Assembly: GCA_026770705.1 (NCBI GenBank)
Contig: JANJGN010000052.1
Span: 3,286,001-3,350,000 of the forward strand
Source of the DNA: Isurus oxyrinchus
Lineage: Eukaryota
DNA: 64,000 nt
Reading direction: 5' to 3'
Made by a program: the position numbers and the translations under genes. The notes below the pieces were generated by a model, which did no database searches, was not told where the DNA came from, and saw only the letters and a list, made by a program, of their open reading frames with translations. Below, piece by piece: positions 47,205-58,388 of the stretch. The first letter of the stretch is position 1. Each line of letters starts with the position of its first letter.

Positions 47205-47345
47205 CACTTCCTCATTTTGTCTCACAGTGACACATCCACCCTTTCTAATTAAACACACAGAGGGAGCAGCACAGGAAGAGGTCATTCTGCCCAAGCAGAG
47301 CGGGTGGGCAGTTCCTCCCCAGGCAAGCAGTCGGACAGGTCCTGG
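47205..47345 (+). promoter_or_regulatory. Gene C putative promoter and non-coding exon 1 with PU.1/Ets site (CACTTCCTCATTTT, 47205-47218)
   Basis: Reverse-complement paralogue of 38799-38940; CCTGG|gtaagt donor at 47345. Confidence 0.5.
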
Positions 47346-47795
47346 GTAAGTAATGGAACGATTGGAATTCACTTCCACCACCAACACCGTCCTTTGTTGA
47401 TGTTGTGACTTTATAAAGACAGATTCCAATGATTGATGCCTTTGAAAGATTTCTACTGATTATTGAGACCTGGGTGTGAGACTCAAGTCTGTTGTACAGA
47501 ACATCTTTCTAGCTCAAGGGATGAGGGAAGTGCAGAGACATGAGCTTTGGGACATCTTGAGGTGGTGAAAGGTGCTATAGAAATGCAAACCCTTCATTGT
47601 TTTTCTTTGTTAAAGTCTTGTGACTCTCTGCAGAGCACCTATCATCCCACAGAGAATCAAATTAGTCTATGAAGACATTGTCTAAAAGCAGTTCTGATCT
47701 CTCGAGAGCTGTCGGACAAGAGGTGAGGTCTCATTAACTCCTTTCTCTTTCACAGCTTGAGAGTCAGAAGTGGATGGAATATCTGGGAGTGGACA

Positions 47796-47835
47796 ATGAT
47801 CGGGAAATCTTACTTCCTCCTGTCACTTCTCCAAG
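47796..47835 (+). CDS. Gene C leader exon, MIGKSYFLLSLLQ
   Basis: ACAATG start; CAAG|gtaata donor. Confidence 0.82.
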
Positions 47836-50800
47836 GTAATATCATCGTCAGCTCAGACAGATTTATGGCTAATAGTCTTTGTAAAAGATCATTCTTATTG
47901 AGCTGTGATTGGGAACCGATTCAGCAGTGAGCCAGTGTACAAACTCATACCAAGTCCCATTCACCCATCACCCCTGTGCTCACTGATATACACTGACTCC
48001 CTGTCTGACAGCAGAATTGGAGGAGAGCAGAGATCTCAGAGGGTTTTAGGGTTGGAGCAGGTTACAGGGATCGGGAGTGTAGAGGGGGGATGGTGGGGTA
48101 AGAAATCAATGATGAGAATTTGAAATTTGAGTCATTGCTGGACTGGGAGCCAGTGTAGGTCAGTGAGTGACAGGGGAGCGATCGGCTGAATAGAGAAACA
48201 GGGATAAAAACTGGGGGATGAAGTCTATCCTGATGTTAGGACTCGGATAACAATGCCCTGAAATTTTGTGTCATTTGCTGATTTTAGTCAGGACTTCCCA
48301 TGAAGACAACACAGCAGCTCCTAGAATAGACAGGCTGTTCAGTGTCACACTTCCTGTCCATTCTCACCTTGCTAGATACTTCAATAAGGGAGCAAGATAA
48401 CTGAAAGAGAGAAGGAAGGTAAAGCTGTCTGTGTGTAAAACTGTCAAATATTCTGAGTTATCATGATTGTCTCTGATCTGCTGCAGAGTTTAAATTTCAC
48501 AGAATCTGAGCACTTTGCAGCTCAGAGAGAGACCATTGACTCACTGCCTGAAAGGGCGGTGGAAGCAGATTCAACAGGAACTTTCAGAAGGGGAACTAGA
48601 TAAATACTTGATAGGAACATTTTGCAGGGCTGTGGAGGAGAGAGCAGAGGTGACAGTGGGACTTATTGGACAGATCTTTCAAAGGTCCAGCACAGGCTCG
48701 ATGGGCCAAATGACTTCCTTCTGTTCCGGATCATTCTGCAATCTGATAAATTAAGCCCCACATCAATAACTCTTAAGGCTCCTGCTGCAGGGATGGAGCT
48801 TTGAGAAGGACAGAGAATAAGAGGTTTCTGGTATCATTTTCATATTGTACTGAATCTTGCTGCCAGAATGTTTGGCCACCGCTGATCACCATGTTGTGTT
48901 TTTATAATGATATAAAGGCACCAGCCACTGATACGGAATTGGGTAAATACATTGTGGGTTCAGTTATTTAGAACAGGGACATGAGAACAGATATACAAGG
49001 ATAGAAAGCTGGGAGACACCTGCAGCCAAACTGTGTGAGCTGTGTTCTGCTCACAGACCGAAGTGAAACTTGGACTGGATGGTGTTATCATCCCAGCTGA
49101 TGTTACTACTGGGCAAGTCAGATCCCAGGGTGGAACTCAGCTTGATAGGTCCTAACTTTTATTTTTTATTTAGGAATGTGGAGTGCGGCTACTGAACAGA
49201 GTCACAGGAGTCATCTGATGAACTTCTAACAAAAGAATAAAACATTTATTAAACTAGGAAAGACAAACTATATGACATTACTCCTTCACCCAGACCTATA
49301 CATTTACAGTTTCATAAGGATAACACAATTACAATAACTAACTTATACTCTCATGTTCACACTAAGTACACAGTCGATGTAAAACAGTAGACGACCTGGG
49401 GTCAGGGACACCACATTCTGAAACCAAGTGACAGAACCCACTTGGAACAAATGCTCCGGGTCCCTCCTCAACTGACTCTAGACGCTTGTTACACCGTGAG
49501 GCAACTGGTCTAACGAAACTGCTTCTTTCACATGAGAGTTTCCAATCTCTACTCACCAAGTGCTCTCTTTGGAATCTTCTCCAACATGACACTTTCACTC
49601 AGACACCTTCCACAAGGGTCCACTTTCACTATTTCAAACTCTCCTTCCCATGTTCCTGCCCCCTGGATCGCCACGTGCATTCAGCCTTCCTTCCACGCCC
49701 TGTCTCTCCAATGCTCAGCCGTGTCAATGGAACACCATGGCTTCACATGGCCGTAGTAATGAGTCACCAACCTGTGGTGTCTCCTAGGATCTTCTGGCTT
49801 CTCATAAGCCTTTTTTGCTTTGGGTCTGTGTCCTTTTGCCCATTCTCTTTTAGCTTGGATCCCTCCTCTGAACCTCAACCTTAACTTGACTTAACAGGAC
49901 CTTGTCCAGATTCCTGATCTTCCTTGGACGAGAAGGTCTTCTTGGCCCTTTCTCCTGTTCCACTTGATGGTTTTTGCTTCTTCTATAATTTGGGACTGAC
50001 TATCTGTCCCGCTCCTTTGCTGCTTCTCCTGGCAACTCCTTTCAACAGAACTGAAAGTACATTTCTCTTTTTCTCAGTCTCTGTGGGTCCTTCCCTCTGG
50101 ATCACTGTTGCCAGGCAACAGCACAGTTTCTTACACCTTGTATTTGTTTTGACTTCCCTTCAACAGTCACCAAACCTCATTAGATTGCTGGCTTCTATAA
50201 AAATGAAACTAAAAGTCAAGTTTCCCCCTTTCTTAACACACAAATACAGAAATCAAACTAAACTTGAACTTAAAGATAGACCTTATGCCTAACACACACA
50301 AATACACATAGAACTTACTTAATCTATCCCCAGTTCCTAAAAATCACATGACACACTTCCCCTCGAGTGATGTCATGCTGCTATCCCTGAAAGGCATATT
50401 ACAACAGTGTTATCACTTGACAGGTGATGTGTGCCAGGCAGACCAAGTCCATGAGAGAAAGGTGGTCACACGATCATAATGATTTTGCAATTTGTATTTA
50501 TTATGAGATGTGTGCACTGAATTCAGAAGCAATAATTACTCTAGGAACTTTAGAGATTTGAAAATTAAATTAAAATACTTGCTCTCAGAATAAATGATAT
50601 CATGCATGTACATGACACTACAATTACCATTTTAATAATAATTCTTAAAATTCCGAAATAACCTGACTCCCAGTTACACTCCCTTTAAGGCAACGGTCCA
50701 AAAATAGAGTTTATATTTAAAACAAACTCAGCAAGTTAACACAATATAAAAGCAATACCCTGCACAGAGGAATTCCAAGTGGCTTTTCCCCAACTTCAGT

Positions 50801-53800
50801 TCTGTTGGATAGCAGGCTTGTGCACAAATGCTAGTGGTTTCATTAAGACTATATCACACACTCGTGTTAGATCTTACATGGCATTCTGACACATAGCCTT
50901 TCATTCTCCCTGATAGATATATATTTCTCTCTTTGTAACATGAAAATTCTATTGTTCCAAATGTTTTTGAAACTGTATCTTCCTCATAACAAATTCTTTT
51001 GTGGTGCCCATATTGCCAGGAGCCTTTGAGAAAAATAAGCACATTCCTTAGTCTTGCTTATCTGGCTAGTTGTAAACAAACTAAGATTCCTTTGAAATCC
51101 AACAACCCCTTCATTGAAATAAAAATGCAAATTCTCTTCATACCTTCCATGCTAAGCAGCATCCATGTTTACTCAATAGCATGTCAAGCACCTAGCTCCT
51201 TTTGATCATTTTAAACTTCCAATCTAATTAACTCCAAATGTACTTAAATCACATGCAGACCCATCATGCGTACCCCCATAAACTTACTTCACAATATACT
51301 ATAAAATTTTATGAAAATTATTATACTTTCATCACAATAGGAACCACTGCCTTAGACACTGAGGATCTAGGACAGCTAGGCCAATTCATGATTCATGATG
51401 GTGATAATGGGGGAATTCTGAAGGCTCCTAATCCATTGTCCTAGTTTGTAAATCAGCAGTGAACTCACTTCAATTAGTGTGTCTTGTAGACACTGTGTTG
51501 GGTGGAAGACTGGCTTCACTAAGCAGGTTCCTGAGGGCCACGAGCCAATGTAGAATGAACTTGTCCACTCCTGTATCCAGGATTCTCTTCAATGTGTTGT
51601 GAAACATTGGGGCATTCATTGTGAGTCCAGACTGCAGCCACTGTGCCCCAGTGATGGAGGGGGTGGATTTTGAGTCTAGTGGATTGACAAAACATTCAGA
51701 GTTAAATATTGATATTTCTCCCCCTAGCTGGACTACCACAAGTGTGGAAAGGTGACACTCCACGAGAGGTGACAGCGCAGGAAGGTTCGTGTGTACAGAT
51801 TCCATGTCATTACAGCTACCCATCATATTTAGTACCGAGATCACCTGTTGGAAACTGGTATATGAGAAGGAATTGGGAAAGATGGTCTATAGCCTTTCAC
51901 TCCAAGGATCACAGTCGCGAGTTACCACGGTTCCACCATCGGACCCGGCTTTCTGGAGACCTGAAAGATGGTGACTGTTCCCTGATTATAAACAACATCA
52001 GACGGGAAGATGCAGGATATTATTTATTCAGAACAGATTTTGACAGCAGGAATAGATACAACGACCGTCCTGAAACCCAGCTTCATGTTTCTGGTAAGTG
52101 CTGTGTTATAATTACTCAACAATTCACATCCAACACTCAATGGGAAATAATAGTGTTTGATTTGCTTGTTTTTTGGCCGTGTTAACCAGCGTCACTATTT
52201 TTAATGATTTGTCTATTTCTGCTCCCAGATCCATGAGCTTATTGTGTGTGATTGAATCCACATCATAGCTGTAACGTAAACCGACCTGAGGGGTGATGAC
52301 ACCTCCCCCCTGAGTGAAGTGTCTCCTCCCCACTACACCTTCCACCCCTCACACTGTCTGTGTAATCTCCCGTCCCATTCCCAGCCTCTCTTTCCCCTCC
52401 AAAGTCCTGCAACGTGTTTCCATCTCCCGAATCCGTTCCCATCTTTCCCGGAACTCCATGTTTGAATCCCTTCAATCAGGTTCCCACCCCAGCCACTGTG
52501 CTGAAACAGCTCTTATTTTTATTGAGCCAATGCCAAGCCCCGATACCGAGCGAGAGCCTCCTCATTTGCTGAGTTTAAGGTGATGAGTCAGCCCCTTAGT
52601 CCGTAGAGGGGATTCTCCTCGGTAATGTGCAGCCTTGTTTGTGTCTCTCCACAAGCGCATGAGGGGTTTGTACAGAGGCTGCAGCGCTGGAGGGGGTCTG
52701 CACAGGGGTCCTGGCCTGTCCTGAGCCAGTTTTAGCAAGGACAACTCTGGCCTTGGCAGCTGAAAGCCAGCCATTGGACAGACGGGGCCTGTCACAAGGA
52801 GCCTGTTAGTCCCTCCCCCCAGTGTCTCCTGTGCTCAGATCCAGACCATGTTGGCTGGTGGATCTGGCTCAGGAAGGGTCCTCCCCATGGGACCCCCAGA
52901 TGGAAGGTGGGTCGAGCGGGTCAGTCACTTGCATGTTTATTCTGCAGCTTTAATATTTTAGGAAGGTAAGAATGTAGGAACATAAGAAATAGGGACAGGA
53001 GCAGGCCATTCGGCCCCTCCAGCCTGCTCTCACTGATCTGGTTGCGGGCTTAACTCCATTTTCCTGCTTGTCCCCCAAACCCTTGACTCCCTTGTCGATC
53101 AAAAACCTGCCTCACTCAGCCTTGAGTCTATTCAATGGCCCAGCCTCCACTGCTCTCTGGGGAAGAGAATTCCACAGGCTAGCGCCCCTCTGAGAGAGGA
53201 AATTCCTCCTCATCTCAGTCTTAAATGGGAGAGCCCTCATTCCGAAACTGTGCTCCCTGGTTCTAGATTCCCCCACGAGGGGGAAACATCCTCCCAGCAT
53301 CCACCCTGTCAAGCCCCCTCGGAATCGGATATGTTTCAATAAGGTCACCCCTCATTCTTCTAAACTCCAATGGATACAGGCCCAACCTGCTCAACATTTC
53401 CTCACAGGACAAACCCTTTAATCCCAGGAATCAGCCCAGTGAAGCTTCTCTGAACTGCCTGTACACAATGATCCTGTTACAATCTCACTAACACCCTGTG
53501 TAGCTGTTGCAAGACTTCCCTCCTTTTATACTCCATCCCTTTGCAATAAAGGCCAACATTCCACTTGCCTTCCTCATTCCGTGGTGTTCCTGAATGCTGA
53601 CTTTCTGTGATTCATGTACAAGGACACCCAGATCCTTCTGTACTGCATTCTGCAGCCTGTCTCCATTTAAATTATATCCTGATTTTCTATTCTTCCTGAC
53701 AATATAATTTGTTGCCATTTTCCTCAGTATTAACCATCCCCCCAATTCAGCCTCATCTGTAAATATCGGGTTCAGTGGATCCACAAACCATTCAGAGTTA

Positions 53801-56800
53801 AATATTGAGATTTGTCTCCCCAGCTGAACCCTCGCAAGAATGGAAAGGTGACAATCCACGAGAGGTGACAGTGCAGGAAGGTTCCTGTGTACAGATTCCA
53901 TGTCATTACAGTTATCCATCGTGTCTGGAAAACCAACCGCGAGGTGGAGTCTGGTTTAATAATGAGGAATGGAGAACATCGTCTATAGCCTTTCACTCCA
54001 AGGATCACAGTCACGAGTTACCACGGTTCCACCATTGGACCCGGCTGTCTGGAGACCTGAAAGATGGCGACTGTTCCCTGATTATAAACAACATCAGACG
54101 GGAAGATGCGGGTCCTTATTTTTTCAGAATAGAATTTGACAATGGTCCGAGCCATAACTATTACCCTGTAACCCAGCTTCACGTTTCTGGTAAGTGCTGT
54201 GTTATAATTACTCACCAATTCACATTCAACACTCAATGGGAAATAACACAAACTGTGACGTTTACGTATTAACACAAAACACAGCTTATTATAACACACT
54301 GTCTGATTCTCAATAACCTGGTGATCGCTTCCAATTCACTCCTAAAGCAACCTCTAATACTCACTTTAATATCAATGATTAAATGTATTGACTGTGTCCA
54401 TCAATGTTATCAGGTTATCCACTCCTATCGATCTCTCTAATCCTGTCTCGAAGTCTGACTTAGCGACAGAAGAAAGATTCACATTTCTGTAGCACCTTTC
54501 ACCACCTCAGCATGGACCAAATCACTTCACAGCCAATGAGCTGATTCCTGAATTGTAGTTACTATTGTAATGTGGGAAACACAGCAACCAATTTGCACAC
54601 AGCAAGCTCCCACAAATTGCAAAGTAAAAAATGGCCCAGATTGCTGAGGGACTGATGGGTTAGTGCACTCCAAACTCTGGTCTGCTCCACCACCCTCACC
54701 CACTATTATCAGTTCAAGTGTCTCGGAGTGAACGTGTATTAAGCTGAGAGACAGAAACACCAAAGTCTCAAAGCAGGAAATTCTCTCCTAATCATTGTAA
54801 CCTCTCAGATCTGATATCATCCTTGTAAAAGTGCTTTTTCTTGTGGGACTGTGATTTCTATTTGAACTGATGCTTCACGTTATATTTCTCTAAAAGGATC
54901 CATTCTCTGTCTGTTAGATTTCACAGATAAACCCACAATATTCCCTGCTGAAATTATTGCAGGAAAGCGTGTGGATGTAAGCTGCACCTTCAACACAACG
55001 TGCAATGGAACAGCAGCACCTGTCTTAACCTGGGACACTCCCACTGACGTACCTGGATCAGTCTCAAACACTGTAACTCAGCATGGTGTCAGTCTGACCT
55101 ATACTTCTGTTCTGACCCTGATCCCATCACTCAAACACCACGGACACACTCTCAGCTGCAGAGTGAGATATCCATCTGTTTCATCGGAGCGGACCCTCGT
55201 ACTAACTGTGCAAGGTAAGTACAGACACCCTTCATTCTACATCAGCACTCCCTCAGCGCTGACCCTCTGACAGTGCAGCCCGTTCTCAGTGTCCACATTC
55301 TCATGCCTCTCAAAGTGCTTCACAGTCGATAGAAGTTAACTGATCTTTATTTGATTGTTGCTGAATGAAGAGACAAGCTGTCTAAACTTTACATCTCACA
55401 CACATTATTTTCCATGGCAACACCTCCTCCAATCAGAGACCACTTGCTGATTAACCAGCACTCTCTTCCCTTTAAATATAAATTGTTGTTCACTTTCTGT
55501 TGGTAAACCTGCAATCTGTCTTGTTGAGTCCGGTCCTGACATCTGAATATCACAATGAACAGAAGAAGTTCCAACAATGAGCTGTGGTTGGTGATTCCTC
55601 ACATTACATCCAGGGACACTGGAGACTATCAGTGTGCTCAGAGAATGAACATGGAGCAGTGGAGGGGTTCATAACCATCACTGTGGAACGTTAGTTAAGA
55701 CAAACTTCAACATCTCTCTCAGATTGAAACACTACAAAAACACACATAAATATCCAGCCTTAAATAGACACCTGCAGACACACAATCCCACATCTATGAG
55801 CACACACAAAGACACACTCACAAACAAACACACTAGCACATACTCCCCTGTGGATTACCTGACCTCCCTCAGTGTTGCACCGGAGAGTTGACCTGGATTC
55901 TGGGATTTGTGTTCCCTTTCATATTTATGGAAGAATATGGAAATTGCAAAGTCTATTACAGACACTCAGATGCACAGAGATACTCACAGATACTCTCTGC
56001 CTCTCCAACTCTCTATCCTACTTTAAGAACCTTCCTGAAATCTAACTCTTTGACCAGTCACCTGTCCCAATTCCTCCTTACGTGATTTTGTGTGAAATTT
56101 TGTTTGAGTATCTGAGAGTAAGAGGGAAGTGGAGAGGTTTAGGAAGGGAATTCCTGTTGTTGAAAAACTTACATCAAGTTCTCAGTTTTCCAGTGCCCAT
56201 TTTTCACATGATGTCCATGTTCATAATGGGGATTGCCTATGTAAACGTCACGCTGTAGTTACTCTCTCCCACCAGTGGTAGCACGGTAACACTTAACCCT
56301 TGCATCTCCAAGCTTTTCAAGCAATTTCACTTCCTAATTTGCTACTATTCACCTCAACCATTCCCTGTGGGAGCAAGTTCCACATTCTCCCCTCTCTCTG
56401 GGTAAAGATTGGAACTGTTTATTAAGCGGGGGGTGTAAGTCCGTGGGGGAGTCCATCTCGATCCTGCCCGATTCGCACACGCGTCCGAGATGGATTTCCA
56501 CCCTGCACTAAACGTTTCCAGAATTTTCTACAGCACAATCCTGTACACAGCGATGGAGAGAAACATTGGACAGGGAGTCCAACAGCACAATGATCCATTC
56601 TCACCAATGTTCCACGCTAAGGGGAAAGTTCCGATTGTCCACTCTTAGAGTGTTTACTGTGAAAACATTCATTCCACATTGAATCCCAGTGGATGGGTCA
56701 ATATTACAGCAAATGTTGCAGTGATATGAAGCTTGATTTTTCAGCCAGAGTGAGAGATTGAAAGCGGAGAGTCAGTGATGATTTCTTTCTGTGTGTTCTC

Positions 56801-56943
56801 TAGACAGTGGAGGAGAGATTCTGCACGTGATCCTGATCCTGGGAATACGAGCTGTGATATTCCTTGTGGCTGTGGTTATCACTATCGCTGGAGTCTGTGT
56901 CTGGGAGAGACAAACAGTGAAAGGAAGTCGACAGACTGTTTAA
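47796..56943 (+). CDS. Gene C: putative activating Siglec-like receptor (leader-V-V-C2-TM[Arg]-short tail), ~402 aa
   Basis: Exons 47796-47835, 51728-52093, 53824-54189, 54918-55214 and 56804-56943 splice in frame through phase-1 junctions with no stops. Confidence 0.8.
49102..50342. mobile_element. ~1.2-kb LTR-like/interspersed insertion in the gene C leader-V1 intron
   Basis: Begins TGTTA; absent from the paralogous introns of A and B; no ORF. Family not identified. Confidence 0.35.
50410..51336. mobile_element. Solo-LTR-like repeat (same family as 13176-14068)
   Basis: Co-linear similarity (TTTGCAATTTGTATTTATTA, AACCTGACTCCCAGTTACA, ATTATACTTTCAT). Confidence 0.6.
51728..52093 (+). CDS. 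Gene C V1 exon (divergent binding loops)
   Basis: 366 nt; cccctag| ... |gtaagt; SCVQIPC, DCSL, YYLFRTD. Confidence 0.88.
52970..53770 (-). mobile_element. CR1 LINE 3' fragment(s)
   Basis: GESRTR.HS...FKTEMRRNFLSQR...LWNSLPQRAVEAG and QKDLGVLVHESQK motifs. Confidence 0.8.
53824..54189 (+). CDS. Gene C V2 exon
   Basis: 366 nt; AEPSQEW...YPSCLEN...YFFRIEFDNGPSHNYYPVTQLHVS. Confidence 0.9.
54918..55214 (+). CDS. Gene C C2-set exon
   Basis: 297 nt; nearly identical to gene B 31685-31981. Confidence 0.9.
55538..55689 (+). pseudogene. Gene C relic stalk Ig exon (acceptor and 5' part replaced; 1-nt deletion)
   Basis: MNRRSSNNELWLVIPHITSRDTGDYQC, then frameshift (CAGTGTGCTCAGAG versus CAGTGTGTGGCAGAG); intron homology breaks at ~55352, just before the expected AG. 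Confidence 0.8.
56804..56943 (+). CDS. Gene C TM/terminal exon DSGGEILHVILILGIRAVIFLVAVVITIAGVCVWERQTVKGSRQTV*
   Basis: Polypyrimidine acceptor tttctttctgtgtgttctctag|; phase 1; hydrophobic helix with internal Arg; TAA at 56941-56943. Not shown in the ORF track in this frame. Confidence 0.78.
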
Positions 56944-57325
56944 AGCTTTGTAAGCAACAATCTGGTCAGTCAGCGCAGACAAATAACGTGTGATGTTGTG
57001 TTAAGTTGTAATGAAACTGGTCAGTGTCCTGGTTAGAATCATTTCCGTATCATTGAGTCATTCCAGCAATGGAGGAGGACATTTGGCCCATTGAGTCTAT
57101 GCTGTCTCTCTGTAAAGCAATCCACTCAGTCCCATCCCCCGCTCTATCCCCGTATCCCTGCAAATTTATTTCCAATTTCCGTCCAATTTCCTTTTGAAAT
57201 TGTTCATCGAATAGGAATGAACAGAAATGTGACGTTGCTAAACTCTGTTCTCTGATTGGAATGTGCTTTCTGAATGCTGCACCTTTTTCATGCTGCGATA
57301 GATTGTAAGAAGCATTTGGGTTATG

Positions 57326-57331
57326 AATAAA
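57326..57331 (+). terminator. Candidate polyadenylation signal AATAAA for gene C
   Basis: ~380 nt after the stop, inside a block homologous to the gene B 3' UTR. Confidence 0.4.
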
Positions 57332-57675
57332 ATTACATTGATTAACTCAAGTGATTAAAATGCTCAGCCTGTTCTGTAGATATTTAAAGATTAAAATTCT
57401 TGTTTTGCTGCAAAATACTTGGCTCAAAGACATTACTTCCTGTTGTCACGTTTTCCAATCAGATGAATTCCTCTGTCCATCTTTATAATAGAAATTTCCA
57501 TTGTAAACATGTCACATTGTAGCTGCACACACTTGCCAGTGGGTGGTGTGATATCAAAGCTGTCTTGCTGCTGAGAAACAGCGAGAAATATTCCTGTTGT
57601 GTGCATGAACTTCATGTTAGCATGAGACACAGGCATCAGATGAAATTTTGTGCAATTTGTACAATGTTCTTTAGA

Positions 57676-58288
57676 CAGCACAGCACTCCCTCAGTACTGA
57701 CCCTCCAACAGCGCAGCACTCCCTCAGTTCAGACCCTCCTACAGTGCAGCACTCCCTCAGTTCAAACCCTCCAACAGCGCAGCACTCCCTCAGATCAGAC
57801 CCTCCGACAGTGCAGCACTTCCTCAGTTCAAACCCTCCGACAGTGCAGTTCTCCCTCAGTTCATACCCTCCGACAGTGCAGCACTCCCTCAGTTCAAACC
57901 CTCCGACAGTGCAGCACTCCCTCAGTTCAAACCCTCCGACAGTGCAGCACTCCCTCAGTTCAGAACCTCTGACAGTGCAGCACTTTCTCAGTTCAGACCC
58001 TCTGACAGTGCAGCACTCCCTCATTTCAGACCCTCCGACAGTGCAGCACTCCCTCAGTTCAGACCCTCCGACAGTGCAGCACTCCTTCAGTTCAGACCCT
58101 CCGACAGTGCAGCACTCCCTCAGTTCAGACCCTCCGACAGTGCAGCACTCCTTCCGTTCAGACCCTCCGACAGTGCAGCACTCCCTCAGTTCAAACCATC
58201 CGACAGTGTAGCACTTCCTCAGTTCAAGCCCTCCGACAGTGCAGCACTCCCTCAGTACTGAACCTCCGACAGTGCCGCACTACCTCAT
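57676..58288. repeat. 33-bp minisatellite variant (..CTCAGTTCAGACCCTCCG..), ~18 copies
   Basis: Direct inspection; locally homogenised variant unit. Confidence 0.9.
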
Positions 58289-58388
58289 TTCTTCTCCGCC
58301 GATGCTGCCAGACCTGCTGAGTTTTTCCAGGTATTTCTGTTTCTGTTTCTGTTTTGGATTTCCAGCATCTGCAGTTGTTTTGATTTTA
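58289..58388 (+). mobile_element. Penelope terminal-repeat fragment (3' of the hammerhead core)
   Basis: TTCTCCGCCGATGCTGCCAGACCTGCTGAGTTTTTCCAGG identical to ~25428-25467. Confidence 0.75.

Noticed and set aside
14362-56943. Assigning symbols such as CD22, MAG, SIGLEC1 or CD33
   Set aside because: Family membership is supported, but orthology cannot be established without phylogeny or synteny.
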